Shown here: positions 27,574-37,091 of the stretch, piece by piece | Numbering within the stretch: position 1 is the stretch's first letter | How the letters are laid out: every line of letters begins with the position of its first letter | Assembly: GCA_016182235.1 (NCBI GenBank) | Contig: JACOXT010000003.1 | Coordinates: forward strand, 130,209 to 194,208 | Origin: Candidatus Levyibacteriota bacterium | GTDB lineage: Bacteria > Patescibacteriota > Microgenomatia > Levybacterales > UBA12049 | Reading direction: 5' to 3' | Length of the DNA: 64,000 bases | Notes under the pieces: generated by a model | Told to the model about the DNA's origin: nothing | The model's input: only the letters and a program-made list of their open reading frames with translations | Databases searched by the model: none | Program-made: the position numbers and the translations under genes

Positions 27574-27921
27574 ATGGAGATAGTTGCTAGAACAAAATCA
27601 ATTAGGATAAGCCCAAGAAAAGTAAGGTTAGTTGCGGATAGCATAAGAAATCTTACAATAAGAGAAGCTCTTAATACTCTAAGTTTGGTTCAGAAAGTAG
27701 GAGCCAGTGCTCTTTACGACACATTACAAAGTGCAGTAGGGAATGCAATAAATAATGCAAAGAAAAAAGAAAGCGACATGTTTATTAAGAGCATCGAGGT
27801 TTTCGAAGGACCTTCCCTTAAAAGATTTCATCCCTCAACGAGAGGAAGAATACATTCATACAAAAAAAAGAGCAGCCACATAAAGATAGTACTTGAAACG
27901 AAAGGAGAACATAGCGCCTAG
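27574..27921 (+). CDS. rplV: 50S ribosomal protein L22
   Basis: IRISPRKVRLVADSIR; position in the cluster. Confidence 0.95.
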   Translation: MEIVARTKSIRISPRKVRLVADSIRNLTIREALNTLSLVQKVGASALYDTLQSAVGNAINNAKKKESDMFIKSIEVFEGPSLKRFHPSTRGRIHSYKKKSSHIKIVLETKGEHSA

Positions 27922-27981
27922 CAATTAGCCTCTAGCGTTCAGTTTTAACTAGACGCTTGACGCTGATAACTAAACGCTAAA
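27912..27981. repeat. Heptamer-periodic mirror array (4 x TAGCNNN, then CGCTNNN/AACTNNN units) spanning the rplV stop and the rplV-rpsC gap
   Basis: tagcgcc tagcaat tagcctc tagcgtt cagtttt aactaga cgcttga cgctgat aactaaa cgctaaa. tagcgtt (27933-39) pairs with aacgcta (27973-79). Confidence 0.65.
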
Positions 27982-27986
27982 AAGAT

Positions 27987-28631
27987 ATGGGACAAAAAGT
28001 TAATCCAAGAATATTAAGACTGGGAACAATTTACAACTGGAGCAGTCGTTGGTTTGATGATAAAAAATACAAAGATGTTCTTCTTGAGGACTACAAACTT
28101 AGGCGTGCTCTTATGGAAAAACTCTCAAGTGCTGGAATTTCAGAGATTGAGATCGAAAGATCTATTAACAGTTTGAAATTAACCATATATGTTTCAAGGC
28201 CAGGTATGGTTATAGGGCGCGGTGGTTCGGGACTGGAAGATATGAAAGATTATATATATAAACTTCTTAATATTAAGAAAAACGCTAAAACAGCGCCAAA
28301 GATAGATATTAGAATAGAGGCTATAAAAGAACCAAATTTAGACGCATACTTAGTCGCAAAAAACATTTCTGACCAGCTGGTAAAACGGCTTCCTCATAGA
28401 AGAGTTATGGCTCAGGCAGTTGATAGAGTTATCGGAGGGGGCGCAAAAGGAATAAGAATCATTATTTCTGGAAGAGTTGGTGGCGCAGAAATAGGAAGAC
28501 GAGAAAAGTTACAGCAAGGTACGGTTCCTTTATCAACCATTAGAGAAAAGATTAATTTCGCAAGTGTTCCCGCGCTTACAAAGAAAGGCTATATAGGGGT
28601 AAAGGTTTGGATAAATAGAGGAGAGAAATAA
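27987..28631 (+). CDS. rpsC: 30S ribosomal protein S3
   Basis: [13 protein letters not shown]... Confidence 0.97.
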   Translation: MGQKVNPRILRLGTIYNWSSRWFDDKKYKDVLLEDYKLRRALMEKLSSAGISEIEIERSINSLKLTIYVSRPGMVIGRGGSGLEDMKDYIYKLLNIKKNAKTAPKIDIRIEAIKEPNLDAYLVAKNISDQLVKRLPHRRVMAQAVDRVIGGGAKGIRIIISGRVGGAEIGRREKLQQGTVPLSTIREKINFASVPALTKKGYIGVKVWINRGEK

Positions 28632-28632
28632 T

Positions 28633-29052
28633 ATGTTGGTTCCAAAAAGAGCAAAGTATAAAAAACAACAAAAAGGCAGAGTAAGAGGTAAAGCTCACAA
28701 AGGAGTTAGGGTTTCCTTTGGTGAATATGGCCTCCTTGCGGAGAAACGGGGATTGATTACAAGTAGGCAAATAGAGGCGGCAAGAAGGGCTATAACTCAT
28801 TATACCCAAAGGGGAGGAAGGCTTTGGATAAGAATTTTCCCTCATAAGCCGATTACAAAAAAACCAGCAGAGACAAGAATGGGTGGAGGTAAAGGAGACG
28901 TATTTGAATTTGTTGCCCAGATTAAGCCTGGCAGAATGTTATTTGAAATGGGTGGAGTTACAAAAGATATAGCTTTCTCAGCACTAAAACTTGCGTCACA
29001 TAAGCTTAATATAAAAACAAGAATTGTTGTAAAAGAAGAATACAATCTCTAA
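28633..29052 (+). CDS. rplP: 50S ribosomal protein L16
   Basis: [16 protein letters not shown]... Confidence 0.97.
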   Translation: MLVPKRAKYKKQQKGRVRGKAHKGVRVSFGEYGLLAEKRGLITSRQIEAARRAITHYTQRGGRLWIRIFPHKPITKKPAETRMGGGKGDVFEFVAQIKPGRMLFEMGGVTKDIAFSALKLASHKLNIKTRIVVKEEYNL

Positions 29053-29054
29053 AT

Positions 29055-29270
29055 ATGAAAACAAAAGATAAAACGACACTTAGAACTAAAAGTTTAAATG
29101 AGCTTAAGGACATGGCTATAAGTGCCCAAGATTTACTTTCAGAATTAAATCTTTCCAAATCTCAAAACAAACTTAAGAACACAAGACAAATTTTTCTAAA
29201 GAGGAAAGAGCTTGCGCAGATCTTGACTATTATAAGAGAGAAGGAATTATTGGAGGGTTTGAGGACTTAA
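29055..29270 (+). CDS. rpmC: 50S ribosomal protein L29
   Basis: Size, position in the cluster and helical pattern. Confidence 0.85.
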   Translation: MKTKDKTTLRTKSLNELKDMAISAQDLLSELNLSKSQNKLKNTRQIFLKRKELAQILTIIREKELLEGLRT

Positions 29271-29271
29271 T

Positions 29272-29514
29272 ATGAGAAAAATACAGGGATTTGTTATTTC
29301 GGTTAATATGCAAAAAACAGCGGTTGTTAATGTTACGAGGAAAAGTCCCCATCCGTTATATTCTAAGCTTATAAAGAAAGACAAAAAGATAAAAGTTGAT
29401 ATCGGAAATTTTACTCCTGTTGTAGGAGATAGGGTAAAAATTATTGAGACAAAACCAATTTCGGCTACTAAATATTTTAAGATTGTTGAGGTAATAAAAC
29501 ATGGTACAACATAG
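29272..29514 (+). CDS. rpsQ: 30S ribosomal protein S17
   Basis: GFVISVNMQKTAVVNV...HPLY.K; position in the cluster. Confidence 0.92.
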   Translation: MRKIQGFVISVNMQKTAVVNVTRKSPHPLYSKLIKKDKKIKVDIGNFTPVVGDRVKIIETKPISATKYFKIVEVIKHGTT

Positions 29515-29875
29515 AACAATGCTTGAGGTTGCGGATAATTCAGGGGCAAAAAGCCTAATGGTTATTCATATTTTTGGAGGATCAAAAAGAAGGTATGGGT
29601 ATGTTGGAGACACGCTTAATTGCGTAGTAAAAGGAGCAAGCAGTGTTGGGTTGGTTAAAGATAATCAGATAGTAAAAGTAGTTATTGTTAGAACTAGAAA
29701 AGAGAAGAGAAGAAGTGACGGATCCTATATTAGATTTTCTGATAACGCGGGAGTCCTGATCGATAATTTGACAGACAAAAATCCGATCGGAACAAGAATT
29801 TTTGGTCCAATTGCTCGAGAAGTTAAAGACAAAGGTTTCTCAAAGATCGCAAGTATGGCACTTGAGGTTGTTTGA
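29501..29875 (+). CDS. rplN: 50S ribosomal protein L14
   Basis: MVQHRTMLEVADNSGAK. Confidence 0.97.
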   Translation: MVQHRTMLEVADNSGAKSLMVIHIFGGSKRRYGYVGDTLNCVVKGASSVGLVKDNQIVKVVIVRTRKEKRRSDGSYIRFSDNAGVLIDNLTDKNPIGTRIFGPIAREVKDKGFSKIASMALEVV

Positions 29876-29925
29876 AAAAATATGACCCCTCAACAAGTTC
29901 AGGGTCATAGTGAGGAATTCGAACT

Positions 29926-30231
29926 ATGAAATTAAAAAAAGGAGATAATGTCAAGGTGGTTTTGGGAAAAGATAAAGGTAGGATTGCCAAAATAGAAAAA
30001 GTATTTTCAAAGACTGGAAAAGTGCTTGTTACTGGGGTCAATCAATATAAAAGGCATCTTAAGGCAAGGTCTCAAAGTCAGCGTTCGGAGATTATTACGA
30101 TCACAAAACCTTTACCTTTACAAAACGTTTCTTTGATTTGTCCGAACTGTAAAAAACTAACAAGAGTTGGGTTTAAAATCGAAGCTGATAAGAAAATTAG
30201 AGTCTGCAGGAAGTGCAAGAAAGAGATATAA
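29926..30231 (+). CDS. rplX: 50S ribosomal protein L24 (with a C-terminal CxxC...CxxC ribbon)
   Basis: MKLKKGDNVKVVLGKDKGR; CPNC...CRKC. Confidence 0.93.
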   Translation: MKLKKGDNVKVVLGKDKGRIAKIEKVFSKTGKVLVTGVNQYKRHLKARSQSQRSEIITITKPLPLQNVSLICPNCKKLTRVGFKIEADKKIRVCRKCKKEI

Positions 30232-30244
30232 TCTGAAGCTTAAT

Positions 30245-30784
30245 ATGGATAATTTGAGAGATAAATTTAGAAAACAAATAATTAAAGATTTACAAAAAGC
30301 GCTAGGTCTTAAAAACCTTCAGGCCGTACCTCATTTGACAAAAATTGTTCTTAATATGGGAGTAAAAGATGCGCTTTTAGATAAGAAAAATTTGGAAAAA
30401 GGAAGCATGGTTCTTACTCAAATAACCGGGCAGAAACCCAAGTGGACTTCTGCCAAAAAATCTATATCCACTTTTAAATTAAGAGAGGGAGACAGGATAG
30501 GAATGATGGTAACGCTTCGAGGCAAGAGAATGTATGATTTTTTTGAAAGATTAATTTCTGTGGTATTGCCAAGACTTCGTGACTTTCATGGTTTGGATAA
30601 GAAAAGTTTTGATGGACATGGAAACTATTCAATGGGTTTTTCGGAAAGTACAGTCTTTCCCGAGATAGATCCTGGAAAAATTGATAGAATACAAGGGTTT
30701 GAAGTAAGTATCGCAACTAATGCAAAAACAGATAAGGAGAGCTTTGAGCTTCTAAAGGCATTGGGAATGCCGTTTCAAAAATAA
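30245..30784 (+). CDS. rplE: 50S ribosomal protein L5
   Basis: Start moved to the ATG at 30245 ([17 protein letters not shown]...[13 protein letters not shown]). The ORF-track start at 30167 would overlap rplX. Confidence 0.93.
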   Translation: MDNLRDKFRKQIIKDLQKALGLKNLQAVPHLTKIVLNMGVKDALLDKKNLEKGSMVLTQITGQKPKWTSAKKSISTFKLREGDRIGMMVTLRGKRMYDFFERLISVVLPRLRDFHGLDKKSFDGHGNYSMGFSESTVFPEIDPGKIDRIQGFEVSIATNAKTDKESFELLKALGMPFQK

Positions 30785-30786
30785 AT

Positions 30787-30972
30787 ATGGCTAAAGTATC
30801 TAATATCATAAAAATGAGGAGAAAGCAGAAATATAAAGTAAGAAATAAAAATATTTGCAATCTCTGTGGCAGGTCAAAAGGGTATATGAGGAGATTTGGT
30901 TTATGCAGGCTTTGTTTTAGGGATCTTGCATTAAAAGGTCAGTTGCCCGGAGTGACTAAAGCAAGTTGGTAG
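30787..30972 (+). CDS. rpsN: 30S ribosomal protein S14, type Z (zinc-binding, 61 aa)
   Basis: [22 protein letters not shown]. Confidence 0.95.
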   Translation: MAKVSNIIKMRRKQKYKVRNKNICNLCGRSKGYMRRFGLCRLCFRDLALKGQLPGVTKASW

Positions 30973-30989
30973 TTCTAGTTCTGTAGAGA

Positions 30990-31391
30990 ATGGATGATAT
31001 GAATCATAAAGTATCGGATTTAATAATTAGAATTAAAAATGCATCAAGGGCTCGAAGGCGCGAGATAGTTGTTGACAATTTGCGTATCAATAAGGCAATT
31101 TGTAAAGTTTTGGTTGACTTAGGATTTTTGGAAGAAGCTAAGACAGACACCAAGGATGGAAAAAAGGTTCTGGTTGCCAGGATTAAGTATTATAAAAGAG
31201 AACCTGTTTTGAATGATGTCAAGGTAGTTTCCAAACCTTCCCTTAGGATATATGCTGGAGCAAGTAATGTTTCAGGGATTCAAAGGCGCGGGAAAGTAAC
31301 AGCAGTGCTCTCAACTAGTAGGGGAATTATGACAGGACAGGACGCGGTAAAGAGGAAGATTGGAGGCGAGGTTCTTTTTAAGATATGGTAA
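30990..31391 (+). CDS. rpsH: 30S ribosomal protein S8
   Basis: VSDLIIRIKNA...; position in the cluster. Confidence 0.94.
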   Translation: MDDMNHKVSDLIIRIKNASRARRREIVVDNLRINKAICKVLVDLGFLEEAKTDTKDGKKVLVARIKYYKREPVLNDVKVVSKPSLRIYAGASNVSGIQRRGKVTAVLSTSRGIMTGQDAVKRKIGGEVLFKIW

Positions 31392-31397
31392 TACACT

Positions 31398-31952
31398 ATG
31401 TCTAAACTTGCAAAAAAACCAGTTATTATAAAAGAAGGTGTTAATGTAACAATCGAAAATGGCACTCTTAAGGTAAGTGGACCTAAGGGAGTCCTTGCTT
31501 TTAAAATTCCCGAGGGAGTTGTTGTCAAAGTTACGAATGGCCAGGGCATTGTCACAATTTTGGAAAAAAATACTGAAGATTTAAAGCCTGTACTTGGTTT
31601 GACAAGGGCAATGTTGGCGAATATGGTTACGGGGGTATATAGTGGATTCGAGAAGAAGCTTGAGTTGTCTGGAGTTGGATATAGAGCGCAAGTTTCCGGA
31701 AATGATCTTTCGCTTTCTGTAGGATTTTCTCATCCAGTTAAGATCGCGAAGGCTCCCGGAATAAACTTTGAAGTCGCAGATAATATTATTACTGTTTCTG
31801 GAATTGATAAAGATAGTGTTGGAAGTATGGCAGCAGAGATCAGAGCCATACAGCCACGCGAACCCTATAAGGGTAAAGGAATTGGGTATGTGGGTGAGCG
31901 AATAAGGAGAAAAGCCGGAAAAGCGGCAAAGACATTGGGGGCAACGAAATAA
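31398..31952 (+). CDS. rplF: 50S ribosomal protein L6
   Basis: SKLAKKPVIIKEGVNV...; position in the cluster. Confidence 0.94.
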   Translation: MSKLAKKPVIIKEGVNVTIENGTLKVSGPKGVLAFKIPEGVVVKVTNGQGIVTILEKNTEDLKPVLGLTRAMLANMVTGVYSGFEKKLELSGVGYRAQVSGNDLSLSVGFSHPVKIAKAPGINFEVADNIITVSGIDKDSVGSMAAEIRAIQPREPYKGKGIGYVGERIRRKAGKAAKTLGATK

Positions 31953-31960
31953 ATTAATAT

Positions 31961-32308
31961 ATGGATAAAAATATTCAGAAATTAAGAAGAAAAGAAAGAA
32001 CTCGGAAAAAAATTAAAGGCACAAAAGATCGGCCAAGACTTTCTGTGTTTAAATCGAATCGTTTTAGCTATGCGCAGTTGATAAATGATGAGACTGGAGA
32101 GACAATTGTTGGCGTATCGGAAAAACATATTTCTCAAAAAGTAAATTTAAAAAAGAAAGAATTGGCAAAAAAAGTTGGGATTCTGTTAGCAAAAAAAGCG
32201 CAAGATATGAAGATAAAAAAAGTTGTATTTGACAGGGGGAGTTATACTTATCAGGGAAGAGTAAAGGAGATTGCGGAAGGAGCAAGGGAAGGAGGTTTGA
32301 AATTTTGA
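31961..32308 (+). CDS. rplR: 50S ribosomal protein L18
   Basis: RPRLSVFKSNRFSYAQLIND...FDRGSYTYQGRVKEIAEGAREGGLKF. Confidence 0.95.
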   Translation: MDKNIQKLRRKERTRKKIKGTKDRPRLSVFKSNRFSYAQLINDETGETIVGVSEKHISQKVNLKKKELAKKVGILLAKKAQDMKIKKVVFDRGSYTYQGRVKEIAEGAREGGLKF

Positions 32309-32796
32309 TGAATGATTCTAGATTTTCAAAAGCGAAGAGCCCAGACGGTTTTGAAGAAAAAATAGTTCAGGTTAATAGAGTTTCTAAGAAAACAAAAGGC
32401 GGAAATAAGATTGGATTTTCGGTTTTGGTAGTTGTTGGAGATAAAAAAGGTAAGGTTGGAGTGGGACTAGGAAAAGCACCGGATATATCTGCGGCCATTA
32501 AAAAAGGAGTATCAATAGGAAAGAAGCATTTGATTACCGTACCCATTATAAATGGAACTATTCCTTTTGAATTTAATATAGAGCTTGGTGCTGCGAAAAT
32601 AATGATTAAGCCAGCACCGCGCGGCAGCGGAGTTATCGCGGGAGGTGCCGTAAGAAGCGTTGTTGCTGCGGCGGGAATAGAAAATATTTCATCAAAGGTT
32701 TTGGGAACAAAGAATCAGGCAAGTAATGTTTATGCAACAATCACAGCCTTAAAAAGAATGACAGAAAGATATAATAAGGAAAGAAAAATTAAATAG
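32305..32796 (+). CDS. rpsE: 30S ribosomal protein S5
   Basis: VVQVNRVSKKTKGGNKIGFSVLVVVGD. Confidence 0.95.
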   Translation: MMNDSRFSKAKSPDGFEEKIVQVNRVSKKTKGGNKIGFSVLVVVGDKKGKVGVGLGKAPDISAAIKKGVSIGKKHLITVPIINGTIPFEFNIELGAAKIMIKPAPRGSGVIAGGAVRSVVAAAGIENISSKVLGTKNQASNVYATITALKRMTERYNKERKIK

Positions 32797-32798
32797 GT

Positions 32799-33239
32799 AT
32801 GAAGCTTTCATCTTTGACAAAAATAACGGCAGTTGAGAAAAGAAGACTTGGACAAGGCCCTGGGTCAGGAAGGGGAAAAACAGGCGGTCGTGGCACAAAG
32901 GGGCAAAAAGCAAAAAGAACAATTCCTCTTGATTTTGAAGGAGGAGCGCTTCCTCTTATAAAAAGACTTCCTTTTATGAGAGGGAAGGGTAAAAATAAGC
33001 TGTTTAAGAAAAAACCAATTATTATTAATGTAAAGGCATTAAATCTATTGAAAAAGGATAGCATAGTTGACTTAAAGACTCTTGTTGCAAATCGTATAGT
33101 TCTTGAGGAGGAGGGAAAAATGTATGGTGTTAAAATTTTGGGAGATGGAGAACTTTCTATTCCCCTAACTGTAAAATTGCCAGTTTCCAAGGGAGCTAGG
33201 AAAAAAATTGAGAAAATAGGTGGAAAGGTGGAGGTATGA
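32799..33239 (+). CDS. rplO: 50S ribosomal protein L15
   Basis: [17 protein letters not shown]. It starts 3 nt after rpsE, so there is no L30 gene. Confidence 0.94.
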   Translation: MKLSSLTKITAVEKRRLGQGPGSGRGKTGGRGTKGQKAKRTIPLDFEGGALPLIKRLPFMRGKGKNKLFKKKPIIINVKALNLLKKDSIVDLKTLVANRIVLEEEGKMYGVKILGDGELSIPLTVKLPVSKGARKKIEKIGGKVEV

Positions 33240-34522
33240 ATAGCATATTCGAGGTTTTTACCAGAAGCTTAAAGACTCCAGAGGTAAGGAAAAAACTTCT
33301 ATTTACGTTTGGGATATTTGTAATATTTAGAATTTTTGCTCATATACCAGTTTCGGGTGTGAATTTAGCCGCGTTAAAAGCGCTTTTTTCTCAAAATCAA
33401 TTCTTAGGACTTTTGGATATCTTTTCCGGGGGAACTCTTGCAAATTTTTCAGTGATGGCTCTGGGGCTTAATCCTTATATCAACTCTTCAATTATCTTGC
33501 AGCTTTTAACCATGGTTTTTCCAAAGCTTGAGGCTTTATCAAAAGAAGGAGAAACTGGACGGCAGAAAATAAATCAATATACTAGATTTCTTACAGTTCC
33601 CTTGGCGGTTTTACAAGCCGTTGGAATGTACGCTTTACTTAGAAGCCAGGGAATTATTTCCTCTTTAGACCCAGTTAACATTGTTTCATTTGTCGTCACA
33701 ATGACTGCCGGTACAATGCTTCTTGTCTGGCTGGGAGAACTTATTTCTCAAAAAGGAGTTGGAAATGGCATATCTTTATTAATTTTTGCGGGAATAGTCA
33801 ACAGAATTCCTGTAATTTTTGGTCAAACAATATCAACTGCGCAAGCCGCCAATTATTTCAATCTGGCGGTCTTTATTGTGATGGGGGTAATGGTAATAGC
33901 TTCAATAGTTGTTATTAATGAAGGCACTCGCAAGATAACGGTTTATTATGCTAAAAGAGTAAGAGGAAACAAGATGTATGGAGGTCAGTCAACGCATCTC
34001 CCCCTTAGGGTTAATCAGGCAGGAGTTATTCCGATCATTTTCGCGGTTTCTTTGGTGCTTCTTCCATCAATTGTCGCGAACTATCTGACAGCATCTCCAA
34101 ATAAGATTTTATATAACATTGCTACATCAGTTACAGCGCTATTCAATCCGTCCGGCCCATTTTATAACGGATTGTACTTTTTATTAGTTGTTGGGTTTAC
34201 TTATTTTTATACCGCAGTAATTTTTAGCCCAAAAAAAATAGCCTCAGAAATACAGAAATACGGCGGTTTTATTCCGGGCATTAGGCCGGGAAGTCCTACC
34301 GCAAACTACTTAAACTATATCTTAACTCGCATAACGCTGGCCGGTGCAATTTTTTTAGGTACCATAGCAATCTTTCCAGAAATCGCCCGCGCGCTTACAA
34401 ATGTTCAGACTCTTGTTCTGGGCGGAACGGGAATACTGATTGTGGTCTCTGTGGTTTTGGAGACTATTAAGAAAATTGAAGCTCAATTGGTAATGAGAAG
34501 TTACGAAAGATTCACTAAGTAA
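33236..34522 (+). CDS. secY: Preprotein translocase subunit SecY
   Basis: 10-TM protein; [16 protein letters not shown]; position in the cluster. Confidence 0.97.
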   Translation: MNSIFEVFTRSLKTPEVRKKLLFTFGIFVIFRIFAHIPVSGVNLAALKALFSQNQFLGLLDIFSGGTLANFSVMALGLNPYINSSIILQLLTMVFPKLEALSKEGETGRQKINQYTRFLTVPLAVLQAVGMYALLRSQGIISSLDPVNIVSFVVTMTAGTMLLVWLGELISQKGVGNGISLLIFAGIVNRIPVIFGQTISTAQAANYFNLAVFIVMGVMVIASIVVINEGTRKITVYYAKRVRGNKMYGGQSTHLPLRVNQAGVIPIIFAVSLVLLPSIVANYLTASPNKILYNIATSVTALFNPSGPFYNGLYFLLVVGFTYFYTAVIFSPKKIASEIQKYGGFIPGIRPGSPTANYLNYILTRITLAGAIFLGTIAIFPEIARALTNVQTLVLGGTGILIVVSVVLETIKKIEAQLVMRSYERFTK

Positions 34523-34533
34523 AATCCTAAACT

Positions 34534-35076
34534 ATGAAGATAATATTGATTGGTATTCAAGGTGCGGGAAAATCTACTCAAGGAAACCTTCTTTCAAAGG
34601 AACTCGGAATTCCCTACCTTTCAACAGGACATATATTTAGGGCTCTTGCCAAGGAGAAGACAAAACTTGGTCGCTACATAAAAGAGGTAATGAATGCAGG
34701 GTATCTTATCCCTGACAGAAAAACAATGTCGATTGTTAGCGACTATCTCAAAAGATCTAAATATCAGAATGGATATATATTGGACGGTTTTCCAAGGACT
34801 ATTGTGCAGGCAAAGGCGTTTAGAAATGGAATTGACAAAGTGATTTACCTTAGAGTCTCTGATAAAGAGGCATTGTGGAGACTTTCTTATAGAAATGGGG
34901 ATGACCGAAATGATGAGACATTGATGGCGATTAGAAAAAGAATCGAGCTTTTTCATAAATTGACAGAGCCGGTTTTAGATTTTTACCGAGCAAAAAAAGC
35001 GTTAATTGAGGTTGACGGCGAAAGGCCGATAGGGGAGATTTATAAGGAAATTTTAGATAAAATTAACACTAAATAA
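34534..35076 (+). CDS. adk: Adenylate kinase (short form without a zinc lid)
   Basis: GIQGAGKSTQ, ILDGFPRTIVQA. Confidence 0.88.
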   Translation: MKIILIGIQGAGKSTQGNLLSKELGIPYLSTGHIFRALAKEKTKLGRYIKEVMNAGYLIPDRKTMSIVSDYLKRSKYQNGYILDGFPRTIVQAKAFRNGIDKVIYLRVSDKEALWRLSYRNGDDRNDETLMAIRKRIELFHKLTEPVLDFYRAKKALIEVDGERPIGEIYKEILDKINTK

Positions 35077-35081
35077 TTGCT

Positions 35082-35735
35082 ATGGTTGAGGCAGGATCTG
35101 GTATTCAAGGTAGTTCGCCAGAGGCTCAAGAAAGAAGGCGGGAAATAGTTGTGATTTGCGGTCCGGAAGGGTCCGGAAAAACAACTCAAGCAATTAATCT
35201 TTCGAGAGATTTAAATTTACCTTATGTCACAATGGGGGATGTATTTGTAGAACTAGCAAAAGAGGAAACAGAATTCGGCCTAGAAATTAAAACTATGCTA
35301 AAAGAACATAGATACTCGACCATAAAAGAGTTTGAAACGGCTTTTCTTTGGAGAATGGCAAAAGGTGATGTTAAAGAGGGATTTATACTTGATGGAGGAT
35401 TTAGGACAGTAGAGCAAGTTCAAAATTTTGAGTTACAGCTCAGAAAAGCAGGGATATCAGAGAGCATTCCTATTGATGTTGTATATTTCCGTGTAGCAGG
35501 ATGGGAGGCAATAGATAGGGTTTTAACTGGAAACAGAGAGGGTCGTTTGTATGACACTGAGGAAGGAGTATTAGATAGACTTTCTCATCATTATTATCAA
35601 TTAGGAGAAAGAATGTCATATGCCCGAAGGAAATGGCCATTTATTATAATAGATTGCACAAATAAGACTGAAGAGATGATCGAAGAAGAGACAATGAAAA
35701 ATTTAGCAGCTAACAGGGTGGTGATGAAAGAATGA
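35082..35735 (+). CDS. Adenylate-kinase-family paralog (divergent NMP kinase)
   Basis: GPEGSGKTTQ, ILDGGFRTVEQV. Confidence 0.65.
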   Translation: MVEAGSGIQGSSPEAQERRREIVVICGPEGSGKTTQAINLSRDLNLPYVTMGDVFVELAKEETEFGLEIKTMLKEHRYSTIKEFETAFLWRMAKGDVKEGFILDGGFRTVEQVQNFELQLRKAGISESIPIDVVYFRVAGWEAIDRVLTGNREGRLYDTEEGVLDRLSHHYYQLGERMSYARRKWPFIIIDCTNKTEEMIEEETMKNLAANRVVMKE

Positions 35736-35935
35736 ATGAAAGATATCAGGAATTGCATCCGTTACATTTTGAAATTCTAAATGAAGTTAAAGATGCTTCA
35801 GGAAATAAGCGGGTATCATTAGCAAAGGATTATATTAGCGGAATCGATGGAGGTTTAGCAACAACGTTTGATACGGAAGTGAACTTTGAGGGATTATTAA
35901 TACTTAAGAATCTACTCGAGAAAAGACTAAAATGA
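35732..35935 (+). CDS. Hypothetical 67-aa protein embedded in the kinase array
   Basis: 4-nt overlap with the upstream gene. No recognisable motif. Confidence 0.45.
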   Translation: MNERYQELHPLHFEILNEVKDASGNKRVSLAKDYISGIDGGLATTFDTEVNFEGLLILKNLLEKRLK

Positions 35936-35949
35936 AGTAATTCAAACGC

Positions 35950-36534
35950 ATGGCGCTAACAGAACATAAACCTTTTATTATCGGAATTACCGGGGCGTTT
36001 GGGAGCGGCAAGTCAACAGCCGCTAATTTTTTTGAAGATAAGGGGCTTAAAAAAATCGTTCTCTCCTCTTTCATTGAGGAGGAAGCGAAAAAAAGAGGGA
36101 TAAAAAAGATTACCAGAAAGTTGTTACAAGATATTGGAAATGATTTAAGAGATAAATTTGGTTCTGGAATTCTTGCTAAAAAAGCAGTTCTATTTTTGAA
36201 AAATGAGAGGTTAGATAGGGCAGTTGTTGATGGAGTGAGAAATCTTGGTGAAGTTGAAGAATTTAAAAAGAATAGCAATTTTGTTCTTATCGCGGTTGTA
36301 GCTAATCGAAAAACCAGGTTTGAACGCTTAAGAAATCTTAAAAGACGTGAAAAGTTAAATTGGGATACATTCGAAAAGCTTGATAGAAGAGATCTGGGCA
36401 TTGGAGAGAAACAAACAGGTCTTCAAACAGCTTTTTGCATAGCTTCGGCTGATATATTTGTCGAAGGAAATGAAGATATTGATGAATTTAGGCAAAAACT
36501 AGATAAGATTCTAAGAAGAATTGAGAATTTATGA
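35950..36534 (+). CDS. P-loop kinase of the dephospho-CoA-kinase / dNMP-kinase-like type
   Basis: IIGITGAFGSGKSTAANFF resembles the CoaE P-loop. Substrate unknown. Confidence 0.55.
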   Translation: MALTEHKPFIIGITGAFGSGKSTAANFFEDKGLKKIVLSSFIEEEAKKRGIKKITRKLLQDIGNDLRDKFGSGILAKKAVLFLKNERLDRAVVDGVRNLGEVEEFKKNSNFVLIAVVANRKTRFERLRNLKRREKLNWDTFEKLDRRDLGIGEKQTGLQTAFCIASADIFVEGNEDIDEFRQKLDKILRRIENL

Positions 36535-37091
36535 TAATTGTTTTTATAGGCCCGCCATTTGCGGGAAAAGATACTCAAGCAGTAATGCTGTCAAAGAAAT
36601 TATCGTTATCGCTATTTAGCATGGGTGGTTTGATAAGAGAAGCTCGTGAGAAAGGAGACAAAGTTATAGAAGATGCATATAGGAATTATTCATTGAAAGG
36701 CTTGCATCTGCCGATTGGTATTAAGTTTGGGTTGCTTAGGAAAAAAATAGAAAATCTCAATGACGGATTCATTCTAAACAATTTCCCTGCGACAAATGAA
36801 GACCTGCAAGTTTTTAATGAATATTTAAAAGAGCATAATCTAAGCGTATATAAAGCATTTTATCTAAATATCTCAAAAAATATAATGCAAAAAAGACTTG
36901 ACGCATCAACCAGAAAAAGATCGGATGATGATTTAAAAATAATTTTGGCAAGAAGAGAGATACAAGACAAAGATAGAATTCCTGTTATCAATTACTTTAG
37001 AAATTTGGGAATACTTGAGGAGGTAGACGGAGAAAGAGAGATTGATGAGGTAAATAAAGATATATTAAGTCGTTTGAGAAAAATAACATGA
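36531..37091 (+). CDS. Adenylate-kinase-family paralog (third copy)
   Basis: GPPFAGKDTQ, ILNNFPATNEDL. Confidence 0.65.
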   Translation: MIIVFIGPPFAGKDTQAVMLSKKLSLSLFSMGGLIREAREKGDKVIEDAYRNYSLKGLHLPIGIKFGLLRKKIENLNDGFILNNFPATNEDLQVFNEYLKEHNLSVYKAFYLNISKNIMQKRLDASTRKRSDDDLKIILARREIQDKDRIPVINYFRNLGILEEVDGEREIDEVNKDILSRLRKIT

